A stretch of 62,384 nt of DNA, filler included. It is 7 parts of 7 records of this genome, joined end to end, with 100 filler letters (N's around TTAATTAATTAA, not from the genome) between each part and the next. Parts side by side here need not be neighbours in the genome. Positions count along the whole stretch, not along the records: positions 15,370 to 25,900 come from SRR2962707_2638; positions 26,001 to 32,871 come from SRR2962707_2639; 5 more parts are not named here. The stretch is one strand, 5' to 3'. Positions 20,256 to 28,878 of this stretch are shown here, one piece after another; position 1 is the first letter of the stretch; the number at the start of each line of letters is the position of its first letter. The notes under the pieces are model-generated. The model had not been told where the DNA came from and made no database searches. It worked only from the letters and a program-made list of their open reading frames with translations. Made by a program: the position numbers and the translations under genes.

Positions 20256-21038
20256 ATGGATGCATTGCGCATTGGCGCGTCAGGTATGATGGCGCAGCAA
20301 CGAAACGTCGAGGTTGTCGCGAACAACCTCGCCAACATGAATACCACCGGCTATCAGCGCCGGCGGACGGAATTTCACGATCTTCTCTACAAGAACAGCA
20401 CCCGGCCGGACGAAGCCGGTTCGCGGGCCGGCGACAAGGTACCGGGCGGCGTGCAGCGCGGCATGGGTGTCGATCTGATGTCGGTCTACCGGGTCACTGA
20501 ACAGGGCAGCCTCAAGGCCACCGATAACACCTTCGACCTGGCGATCCAGGGCCGGGGTTATTTCCAGGTGCAGTTGCCGAACGGCGAAACCGCCTATACC
20601 CGAGACGGTACATTCCAGCTCGATAACAACGGCTCGCTGGTGACCCAGGACGGGTTCCCGGTTCTGCCGGGGATCTCGGTGCCGGTGGATGCGGTCGATG
20701 TCTCGATCAATGCCGCCGGGGAAGTCCTGGTCAAGCAGGACGGATCGGAAACCCCGAGCAACGTCGGCGCGATCCAGCTGGCGATCTTCCCGAACCAGGG
20801 CGGTCTGCGGGCTGAAGGCAACAACCTGTTTACTGAAACGGCGGCGTCCGGTGCGGCGTCTGCGATCACACCGGGGCAAAGCGGCTCCGGGGCGGTCCTG
20901 CAGGGCTTCATCGAGGTTTCGAACGTGAACGCGGTCGAGGAAGTCGCCGAAATGATCCGCGCCCAGCGGGCCTACGACATGAATTCGAAAGTTATTCAGA
21001 CGGCCGATCAGATGATGGCGCCGTCGAACGGCCGATAA
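20256..21038 (+). CDS. flgG: Flagellar basal-body rod protein FlgG
   Basis: ANNLANMNTTGY, DLAIQGRGYFQV, YTRDG, SNVNAVEE. Confidence 0.9.
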   Translation: MDALRIGASGMMAQQRNVEVVANNLANMNTTGYQRRRTEFHDLLYKNSTRPDEAGSRAGDKVPGGVQRGMGVDLMSVYRVTEQGSLKATDNTFDLAIQGRGYFQVQLPNGETAYTRDGTFQLDNNGSLVTQDGFPVLPGISVPVDAVDVSINAAGEVLVKQDGSETPSNVGAIQLAIFPNQGGLRAEGNNLFTETAASGAASAITPGQSGSGAVLQGFIEVSNVNAVEEVAEMIRAQRAYDMNSKVIQTADQMMAPSNGR

Positions 21039-21068
21039 GGCCAGGGTTTCTCCACGTCCCAACGACTA

Positions 21069-21100
21069 GGCCGGCGGTTTTCCGCCGGCCCTTTCTTTTT
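21069..21100 (+). terminator. Intrinsic terminator after flgG
   Basis: GGCCGGCGG-tttt-CCGCCGGCC followed by CTTTCTTTTT. Confidence 0.75.
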
Positions 21101-22502
21101 AGTGGCGCCGGATCCAGCCGCCGACGAGGACTTCCTCAAAGACATCGCTGCGTTTGCGCCAGTCGGCGGATGCGGCGCGGGCGGCGGCGCCAAACCGGTC
21201 CGGATCGTTCTCCAGGGCATCGCGCAGCTTCGGGTCGTACACGAACAGGGCAAAGATCAGCCGCCGGCCCGAGTGCGCATCGAGATAACCGACCAGTCCC
21301 TTGATGTAGCGCATGGTGCCGCTTTTCGCCCAGACCCTATAGGCGGTGTCCGGGGTGCGAAAACGCCCGCGCAGGGTATCGCGAGTGCCGCCCGGGGTCA
21401 GCAGACTGTCGAAGCGCCAGCCGTCGAAGCGGCGTTTGAGAGCATACCCGAGGATCAGCGACATCTGCCGGGGCGATATCTGCGAGACGGTGCTGAGCCC
21501 CGAATGATTGGCGAGGGCCGTTGCGAATTGTCTGAGGCCATCGACCTCGCCTTCAAGCCAGATGCCGAGCGTATCCGCCGAGCCGCGGAGAGTCTCCGCC
21601 CCGCTGCCGAGAGCCTGCGATGCGGCCAGGCCGGTGACTTCGGCGACCATGTTGTTGGAATATTCCAGTCCGGCGCGGGCGATTTCGATCAGCGGCTGAC
21701 TGTGCACCTGTGCCAGAGAAACGGCACCCGGTGGCGGCGGGCCGGCCTCGGGGACGGGCAGGGCAATCCCCTCGGCCATGGCAAACCGGCGCAGGATCAG
21801 CGCGGCCAGCCGGGCGGGATCACGGACCGGCAATTCTGCAAGGGGGCGTTCCGGGCCGGCGGTTCGTGGCACCAGCTGCAGCGCTTCGGGCGGGGTCGTG
21901 TACGGGGTGCCGCCCCCGCTCAGCAGCACGCGGTTGAATTCAATGTTCAGGCCGCCGAGTCCCTGGTTGTAGGGGGCGGTCGGGGGCTGGTCCGGTTCGA
22001 CCTCGACGAATACCGGCAACGCGCTGGCATAGAGAAACCGCCCATCGACCTTGTCGATGCCGATATCCTTCAGACGAATAGCCAGCGCACGAAGATCGCC
22101 TGCCGTCAGCAATGGATCCCCATCTCCGGCCAGCACCAGATCACCGCTCAGCGTGCCGGAGGTCAGGGTGCCGCGCGCCAGTACCTGTGTCGTGAAGCGG
22201 TAGGTGGGGCCGAGGATGCCCAGGGCTGCTATCATCGTCGGCAGCTTTGCCGTCGATGCCGGGGGGAAGCCGGTATCGCTGTTCCGGGTTTCAAGTACCG
22301 AACCGGTTTCGGCATCAACGACGATATACCCCCACTGGGCGTCCGCGAGACCAAGCCGGGTTGCCGCCAGGGCTTCATCCGCTTCAGCAAGTTCGGCTGC
22401 GGCGGGGATGGCCGTGGCCGTGGTTGTGACCAGTGCCGGTGCGGCGCACGCAGCCAGAACGGACAGTGTCAGAAAAAAGATCAGGGTTTTTGCGGAAGAC
22501 AT
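21099..22502 (-). CDS. dacB: D-Ala-D-Ala carboxypeptidase/endopeptidase (PBP4, S13), lipoprotein
   Basis: SxxK (PASTAK), SxN (YSNN), KSG; LAAC lipobox. Confidence 0.88.
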   Translation of the reverse strand: MSSAKTLIFFLTLSVLAACAAPALVTTTATAIPAAAELAEADEALAATRLGLADAQWGYIVVDAETGSVLETRNSDTGFPPASTAKLPTMIAALGILGPTYRFTTQVLARGTLTSGTLSGDLVLAGDGDPLLTAGDLRALAIRLKDIGIDKVDGRFLYASALPVFVEVEPDQPPTAPYNQGLGGLNIEFNRVLLSGGGTPYTTPPEALQLVPRTAGPERPLAELPVRDPARLAALILRRFAMAEGIALPVPEAGPPPPGAVSLAQVHSQPLIEIARAGLEYSNNMVAEVTGLAASQALGSGAETLRGSADTLGIWLEGEVDGLRQFATALANHSGLSTVSQISPRQMSLILGYALKRRFDGWRFDSLLTPGGTRDTLRGRFRTPDTAYRVWAKSGTMRYIKGLVGYLDAHSGRRLIFALFVYDPKLRDALENDPDRFGAAARAASADWRKRSDVFEEVLVGGWIRRH

Positions 22503-22550
22503 GAGGATAATATAGACCGGACCGTCGCCAGCGGCTACGTTTGCTGAAAC

Positions 22551-23774
22551 ATGAATAAAAATGCTCCCACGCCCGAGATTTCCCGAAATCTTGCCTTCGC
22601 CACATTGATCGGTGTGACCGCCGTGCAGGTCATCGCGACCATGGCGATGCTGATTCCGGCTGCCATTGCGCCGGAGATCGCCGCAACCCTCGATCTGCCG
22701 GTCTCAATGATCGGCTTCCAGATTTCGCTGGCCTATGTGGGCGCGACGCTGATGTCGCTAGCCGCCGGGCTCGTGCAGCGCAAGCTGGGTGCGGTGCGGG
22801 CGAACCAGCTTGCGGCGTTTATCATCTGCATTTCCCTTTCGGCGATAGCGGTGCCGCATGTCGCGATGCTGTCTATCGGCACGGTCGGTCTCGGGGTTGC
22901 CTATGGGCTGACCAACCCGGCCGCTGCGCATCTGATGATGAAGATCGCGTCGAGTGCCAACCGCAACCTGATTTTCTCGATCAAGCAAACCGGCCAGCCC
23001 ATGGGCGGGGTCGTGGCCGGGCTGTTGGCACCGCCGATCGCGGTGGCCTTCGGCTGGCAGTACTCGCTGTTGGCCGGTGCCGCGCTGGCAGTCGTCGTGA
23101 TGCTGTTGATCCAGCCGCTGCGATGGCGTCTGGACGGAGATCGGGACCCGAAAACCAGGTTCCGTGGCGCAGCGTTCCGCGATATCGGGCTTGTAATGCG
23201 GATAAGGTCTCTCCGGCTGATGTCCCTGTCGGGGCTGAGCCTGGCTGCCGTGCAGCTGGCCCTGATGGGGTTTGCCGTGGCCATGCTGGCCGGCGATATC
23301 GAACTTGATCTGGTGACGGCAGGTATCGGGCTGGCGGTGATCCAGGTGGCCGGGGTGCTTGGCCGTATCGGGTGGGGTGTGGTTGCGGACCGCATCGGTC
23401 ATGCACGCGGGACGCTGATTGTATCTCAGCTGATTTCTGTTGTGGCGGCTATAATGACGGCTTTTCTGGCCCCCGGCATGCCGCTCGAAGTGATCTTCGC
23501 CGTGCTGTTCCTGTTCGGTTTTTCGGCAGTGGGCTGGAACGGCGTATTCATGGCGGAACTGGCCCGCATGTCGCCGCCGGATAAAATCGGCAGCGCCACG
23601 GGGGGCGTGCTGGTGATGGTCTTCATCGGGGTCATGATCGGGCCGATGCTGTTCACCGGCTTCCACGAACTCTTGGGCCATTATACGACATCATTCGCGG
23701 CAATTGCGGTCGTGACCGTGATCGGGATTCTGCCGCTGCTGGTGATCGGGCGCACTGCGGAAAAAACCGGCTAA
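22551..23774 (+). CDS. MFS transporter
   Basis: About 12 hydrophobic segments; GRIGWGVVADRIG. Confidence 0.9.
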   Translation: MNKNAPTPEISRNLAFATLIGVTAVQVIATMAMLIPAAIAPEIAATLDLPVSMIGFQISLAYVGATLMSLAAGLVQRKLGAVRANQLAAFIICISLSAIAVPHVAMLSIGTVGLGVAYGLTNPAAAHLMMKIASSANRNLIFSIKQTGQPMGGVVAGLLAPPIAVAFGWQYSLLAGAALAVVVMLLIQPLRWRLDGDRDPKTRFRGAAFRDIGLVMRIRSLRLMSLSGLSLAAVQLALMGFAVAMLAGDIELDLVTAGIGLAVIQVAGVLGRIGWGVVADRIGHARGTLIVSQLISVVAAIMTAFLAPGMPLEVIFAVLFLFGFSAVGWNGVFMAELARMSPPDKIGSATGGVLVMVFIGVMIGPMLFTGFHELLGHYTTSFAAIAVVTVIGILPLLVIGRTAEKTG

Positions 23775-23825
23775 TCCTATACCCAAGTCGGGTTTTGCCC
23801 TTTAGTATCGGTGCAGGAGTATGCC

Positions 23826-24191
23826 ATGCCTTATGTCTATCGCGATGAGAACGGGAATATCCTGGCCGTTTACGAACAGCCCGTCGAAGGCTGCGACGAA
23901 ATCGCGCCGGACGATCCGGCACTGAAATCATTCATATTGAAGAATATGCCGGCAGCGGCGGCGGATGACTGGGTTCATTCGGATTTGCAGCTGGCGCGTG
24001 TCCTCGAGGATTTGATCGAGGTGCTGATCGACAAGAAAGTGATCATGTTTTCCGACTTCCCCGCCGGCGCCCAGAAGAAGCTTCTGGAACGCCGTGGATT
24101 GCGGAAAGAGTTTTCGTATGTCGAGGATTTGTTCGTCGGCGGCGAGGACTTTGAAGACAGCGACGGCAACAACTCAGGCGGCCTGCTTTAA
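23826..24191 (+). CDS. Conserved hypothetical protein (family usually found beside type I secretion genes)
   Basis: MPYVYRDENG...SDLQLARVLEDLIEVLI...LLERR; AGGAG SD. Confidence 0.7.
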   Translation: MPYVYRDENGNILAVYEQPVEGCDEIAPDDPALKSFILKNMPAAAADDWVHSDLQLARVLEDLIEVLIDKKVIMFSDFPAGAQKKLLERRGLRKEFSYVEDLFVGGEDFEDSDGNNSGGLL

Positions 24192-24222
24192 AGCGACCGC
24201 ATTTTCACTGAAATGCAGGGTT

Positions 24223-24462
24223 TCAGGCGTTTTCTGGGATCCGTGAGACGTTCTCCGGCTTCACCCGGCCCGGGCCCGTGCGCTGATACAAATCGGCAAT
24301 CATCGTGCTGCCGGTTTTCTCAAACAGAAACGGCAGAAAGGCATGAACGGTGCACACCAGAGCTGCAGCGAACATCCTGACCGCGAAGCTCCCGGCCATG
24401 CCCATGTGCTCGAAATAGGTCTCGCCGACTGAATTCGGGTGGCGGGTGAAAAGATCAATCAT
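24223..24462 (-). CDS. DUF6356 family small protein
   Basis: FTRHPNSVGETYFEH...VHAFLPFLFEKTGS. Confidence 0.78.
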   Translation of the reverse strand: MIDLFTRHPNSVGETYFEHMGMAGSFAVRMFAAALVCTVHAFLPFLFEKTGSTMIADLYQRTGPGRVKPENVSRIPENA

Positions 24463-24586
24463 GGGGTGCTCCGTGTGGTCTGAATTTGAATTTAAAGGAG
24501 CATACCGTGAATTTTCTGAAAAAAGTTTGCTTTCTTTCTATCATATACCTTAATTTGGAGAATAATATTCTACTGAATTAGGAAAT

Positions 24587-25054
24587 ATGAGTATGGATGC
24601 GTTCGACGCCAAAATCCTGGCCCTCCTGCAGGAAAACGCGGCGATGCCCGTGGCTGATATCGCTGCCGCCGTCGGTCTGTCGACGACCCCATGCTGGCGG
24701 CGCATCCGGAATATGGAAGACAGCGGTGTGATCCGCCGCCGTGTCGCGGTGCTGGACCCGGTCAAAATCAATGCCGGGGTCACGGTGTTCGTCGGTGTGA
24801 AGGCGGGCCGGCATGCGGCGGACTGGCTCGATACCTTCGCCACCGCGGTTCAGGAAATCGAGGAAGTGACCGAGGTTTACCGCCTGTCCGGCGAAATCGA
24901 TTACATGCTGAAAGTGGTCGTGCCGGATATCGCCGCCTATGACGATGTCTACAAACGGCTGATCGCCAAGGCGGATTTCGCGGACGTCAGTTCGTTCTTC
25001 GCCATGGAGGAGATCAAGGCGACCACGGCGCTGCCGCTCAAATACATGACCTAG
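24587..25054 (+). CDS. Lrp/AsnC regulator (DecR/YbaO-like)
   Basis: GLSTTPCWRRI; YDDVYKRLI...VSSFFAMEEIK.TTALP. Confidence 0.9.
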   Translation: MSMDAFDAKILALLQENAAMPVADIAAAVGLSTTPCWRRIRNMEDSGVIRRRVAVLDPVKINAGVTVFVGVKAGRHAADWLDTFATAVQEIEEVTEVYRLSGEIDYMLKVVVPDIAAYDDVYKRLIAKADFADVSSFFAMEEIKATTALPLKYMT

Positions 25055-25470
25055 CTGTCGAACGGCGGCCCCTTGATTTCGATTCGATTGCCTTCCGGGT
25101 CATCGAAATAGATCGAGGGACCGACCCCTTCGGCACCAGCCCGCCGTTTGACTGGCTCGGCATCCACGCCCCGTTCCGCCAGAAACGCCTGAATGGCGTC
25201 GGCATCCCACGGATCTACACGCAGGCAGACGTGATCCATATTCAATCCATCATCGCCCGGCGGGCCGCCGCCCATGCGGCCAAGCTCGCTGTCGACGGGT
25301 ACCAGATCGATCATCGAATGACCGGCCCGCAACTGGAACAGGCCGATGCTTTCTTCGGACCGCTCCAGTGGGCAGTTGAGGATGTTCTGATAGAAATCGA
25401 GCATCACGGTGATGTCCTTGGCACGGATCACCACGTGGTCGATTCCCTTGATTTGGAACGGCGGCGGCAT
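25051..25470 (-). CDS. VOC/glyoxalase family protein
   Basis: IDHVVI, MDHVCL, SIYFDDPEGNRIEI. Confidence 0.88.
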   Translation of the reverse strand: MPPPFQIKGIDHVVIRAKDITVMLDFYQNILNCPLERSEESIGLFQLRAGHSMIDLVPVDSELGRMGGGPPGDDGLNMDHVCLRVDPWDADAIQAFLAERGVDAEPVKRRAGAEGVGPSIYFDDPEGNRIEIKGPPFDS

Positions 25471-25491
25471 GATGGCCTGACCTCCTGCCGG

Positions 25492-25900
25492 TTAGACGCC
25501 CATCGCGTCGGCAACGCCTTCAACGGTATCTGTAATGATATCCCAGTCGCTGGTGGCTTCGAAGTCCTTGGACTGGTCGACGCCGTATTCGGTCGGCCGG
25601 TTGATGTAGGCGGTCCGCATGCCCTGCTTGCGAGCCGCTTCAAGATCGTCGTTGTGCGCGGCACCCATCATGACTTCTTCGGGTTTCATGCCGAGCAGGG
25701 CAATGGCGTTATCATAGACCTTGGGGTCGCGCTTGAAGGCCTTGTGCATATCGCTGGAGAAAATGAAGTCCCACGGCATGCCGGCGCGCTTGGCCATGTT
25801 GGCGAGCAGCGTCAGGGAACCGTTTGATAGCGGTGCGATGAGGAATTTCTTTTTCAGGCGCAGCAGGCCCGGAATGCTGTCCGGCCACGGGTTGATCCGG
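25492..25900 (-). CDS. Haloacid dehalogenase type II, 5'-truncated
   Basis: PLSNG, PWD, AAHNDDL..A...GMRTAYINRP.EYG. Confidence 0.85.
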
Positions 25901-26000
25901 NNNNNNNNNNNNNNNNNNNNNNNNNNNNNNNNNNNNNNNNNNNNTTAATTAATTAANNNNNNNNNNNNNNNNNNNNNNNNNNNNNNNNNNNNNNNNNNNN
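25901..26000. other. Artificial contig linker
   Basis: N44-TTAATTAATTAA-N44. Confidence 0.99.
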
Positions 26001-26481
26001 ACCCCGCCTTGGCGGCCGCGTAATTCGCCTGACCCCGGTTGCCGAGTAACCCCGACACCGACGAAATCGCGATCACCCGGCCCCAGCGCGTGCGAATCAT
26101 CGGCAACAACAACGGCTGGATCACGTTGAAGAACCCGTTGAGCGAGGTATCGATCGGCCCGGACCATTGCGCCCGGGTCATGCCGGCCAAGGGCGCATCG
26201 TCCGGCCGCCCCGCCGCATGAACGACAATCTGGATTGCGGGTCCGTCGGACAGGGAGTCGAGCGCCGCCGTGACGGTATCCTCGTCGCGGATATCGAAGG
26301 CGATCGGCGTCGCCGACCCGCCTGCATCGACAATGTCCCGGGCGATTTCCGCGGCGCGTTCCGATTGCCGGTTACCATGCACGATGACGTCCGCGCCCGC
26401 GGCCGCCAACGTCCGGCAGATCGCGCCGCCGATATGCCCGCTGCCGCCGGTGACGAGCGCGCGTTTCCCCGTCAGGCTCAT
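26001..26481 (-). CDS. 3-oxoacyl-ACP reductase (FabG/ApeQ-like), 3'-truncated
   Basis: TGGSGHIG; GNRGQANYAAAK. Confidence 0.9.
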
Positions 26482-26894
26482 CGGAAAATGATCCCGCACT
26501 CGCCCTGCACGACGTCACGGCCTTCCGCCGTGATCTCGAACCGATAGGCGGTGCTGTTCGAATCCGCATGCAGGCGCCCCGCGCGGATCAACAAGGGTCC
26601 GGCCACCGCACCGAGATCGGTAAACTGCCAGGATAGGTCCCGCAGCAACACGACCTGTCCCGCACGCACGGGCGATTCCGCCATCAACGGTCCGTGCACC
26701 GCTGCCGCCTGTGCCCCATATTCGGCGCCGCATGCAGCGTGCAGTTTCCCATGCCGCCGCAACGGATTGTCGTCCCGGCGATGGCTCGTCGCCGAACAAA
26801 GAATCGTCTCGTCATCATATTCGACGACCCGATCCAACAGGACCATCGGTCCCGCATGCGGGACGAGCGCGCTGATGCCGGCGCGGTCTAGCAT
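26478..26894 (-). CDS. Hotdog-fold 3-hydroxyacyl-ACP dehydratase (ApeP-like)
   Basis: LVPHAGPMVLLD...EYGAQAAAVHG. Confidence 0.8.
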   Translation of the reverse strand: MLDRAGISALVPHAGPMVLLDRVVEYDDETILCSATSHRRDDNPLRRHGKLHAACGAEYGAQAAAVHGPLMAESPVRAGQVVLLRDLSWQFTDLGAVAGPLLIRAGRLHADSNSTAYRFEITAEGRDVVQGECGIIFR

Positions 26895-27688
26895 GGCGAT
26901 ACCGAGAGAACCAACCGGCCGTCGGTGCCATAGGGAATTCGAACTTCCGCGGCCTCGCCGCCTGCAATCGCTTCCAGCAAGGGGATCGCCCGCGCGGCAG
27001 GGTTTTGATTCCAAAAGGACGCCAAGGCCCCGGTCCGGGGAACAGTAACTTCGCCTGCAGCGTCTGGCTCGAAGACGGCGGAGAGCCGGGCCATGCCGCC
27101 GCGCTCAGCCGCCGGCGCGAGATCGAACGCAACGCCGAACGGCGCACCGACCGGGCATACCGCATCCAGCGGTTCCAGGAACGGCACCTCGCACACGACC
27201 AACAGAACCCGCCGGGCCTCGGACTGCACTTGCGCCAGCGCCTTGAGCAGACTTGCCGGAAACGTGTCGGCTGCCGCAGCGATGCTGGAGCACGATTGAT
27301 GGGAACCGCTTATGATCGACCAATAGCCGACCGCCACGTTATGGACCGAGTTGTGAAAATCGGTCGGCGACACATACCGCTCCGGCGTCGCGAGTTCCTC
27401 GAGAATCCGCTGCACGACGGGGCCGTCGCCATGCGCCCAGCCGAAAACCACGGGCAGTTCCTTGGCGTCGTCGCCGGCATTGTCGACCGCCTCTCGCGCA
27501 ACCGCCAAAGCCAACCGTACGGCCGGACTGGTGCGACGGCGTTCGCGCGGGCTCAACCCCTCGGGCGGTGGCGCCTCCACCGGGCTGGGCTCATAGACGG
27601 TGTTACCGGCGAACACCTCGCGCGCGGCAGGCCAGCCGATCAGGCCCGGTCCCAGAACACCGACACCGGCGATGCGCGCCTCGATCAT
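26888..27688 (-). CDS. Ketosynthase chain-length-factor-like protein
   Basis: ERRR, SPTDFHNSVHN; no catalytic Cys motif; translationally coupled to the KS. Confidence 0.82.
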   Translation of the reverse strand: MIEARIAGVGVLGPGLIGWPAAREVFAGNTVYEPSPVEAPPPEGLSPRERRRTSPAVRLALAVAREAVDNAGDDAKELPVVFGWAHGDGPVVQRILEELATPERYVSPTDFHNSVHNVAVGYWSIISGSHQSCSSIAAAADTFPASLLKALAQVQSEARRVLLVVCEVPFLEPLDAVCPVGAPFGVAFDLAPAAERGGMARLSAVFEPDAAGEVTVPRTGALASFWNQNPAARAIPLLEAIAGGEAAEVRIPYGTDGRLVLSVSPC

Positions 27689-28878
27689 GCCGGCGTACCC
27701 AGCAAAATGCTGCAATTGCTGCCGCCGAACCCGAAGGAATTGTTCAAGGCATAGCGCACGGCGCCATCCTCGGCGTTCGGCTCGATCCGGGTGCGAAAGT
27801 CCGGATCCAGCTGCCGCAGATTCGCGTTGCCGGGGATGAAGGAATTCTGCATCGCCAGGCAGCAAATCGCAATTTCCAAGATACCGGCCGCCCCCAGGGT
27901 ATGCCCGGTCGCCCCCTTTGTGGAACTGCAGCGCTGGCCGTCGCCGAACAACCGCACCACTGCGGCGTCTTCGGCTTGGTCATTCTGGCGGCTGCCCGTG
28001 CCATGCAGGTTGATGTAGTCGACCTGCGCCGGTGCGATGGCCGCACGGTCGAGCGCCGCCCGCATCGCCATCTCGGCGCCAAGCCCATCAGGATGCGGCG
28101 CCGACATGTGATAGGCATCGGCGCTTTCGCCATATCCCATGACGAGCGCGACGGTTTCACCGTTAACGGTGTCGGCCCGTTCCAGCAAGGCGAAGCCGCC
28201 CGCTTCGCCGATCGAGATACCGCCGCGTTCGACATCGTTCGGTCGGCTCGGCACCGTGTCGAGGAGGTCGAGCGAGTTGAAACCATAGAGCGTCAAAAGA
28301 CACAGCGTATCGACGCCGCCGACCACCGCGGCGTCGCACACGCCCGCCTGGATCAGCTGCGCCGCATCGGCAAAGACCTTGGCCGAGGACGAACAGGCGG
28401 TGGACACGGTCGCCGCCGGGCCGGACAGGCCGAGATAAGACTGCACGAAGGTCGCCAGCGAATGATGATTATGGGTCTCGGCGAAGCGGAAATCCGGGGG
28501 CAGAGCGCCGGTCTCCGCGTCCCGCCGGGCGAAGGCCATCTCCCCCTCCCGGACGCCCGAGGTCGAGGTGCCGAGCACCGTCGCGATGCGGCCCCCGCCA
28601 TGCCGCCCGATCGCGCCCGCCACCGCGTCGGCGAACCCGTCGGCGCGCATCGCCATCTGTGCGACCCGGTTGTTGCGGCAATCGAAGACGGAGAGATCGT
28701 CCCGCACCGGCGCGTCCTCGACACCGTCGATTCGCCCGATGAAGGTATCGAGCCGGGCGTCGTCGTAGTCGCAGCGGCGCAGCGCCGACCGGTTCCGCAA
28801 CAACCCCTGCGCCGTCGCGTCGAGCCCGGTGCCCAAGCTGTTGACGGTGGAGAGGGCATTGATCGCGAGCGCCGTCAT
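27685..28878 (-). CDS. Beta-ketoacyl-ACP synthase (type II KS)
   Basis: TACSSS, HGTG, KGATGHTLGAAG, NSFGFGG. Confidence 0.93.
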   Translation of the reverse strand: MTALAINALSTVNSLGTGLDATAQGLLRNRSALRRCDYDDARLDTFIGRIDGVEDAPVRDDLSVFDCRNNRVAQMAMRADGFADAVAGAIGRHGGGRIATVLGTSTSGVREGEMAFARRDAETGALPPDFRFAETHNHHSLATFVQSYLGLSGPAATVSTACSSSAKVFADAAQLIQAGVCDAAVVGGVDTLCLLTLYGFNSLDLLDTVPSRPNDVERGGISIGEAGGFALLERADTVNGETVALVMGYGESADAYHMSAPHPDGLGAEMAMRAALDRAAIAPAQVDYINLHGTGSRQNDQAEDAAVVRLFGDGQRCSSTKGATGHTLGAAGILEIAICCLAMQNSFIPGNANLRQLDPDFRTRIEPNAEDGAVRYALNNSFGFGGSNCSILLGTPA

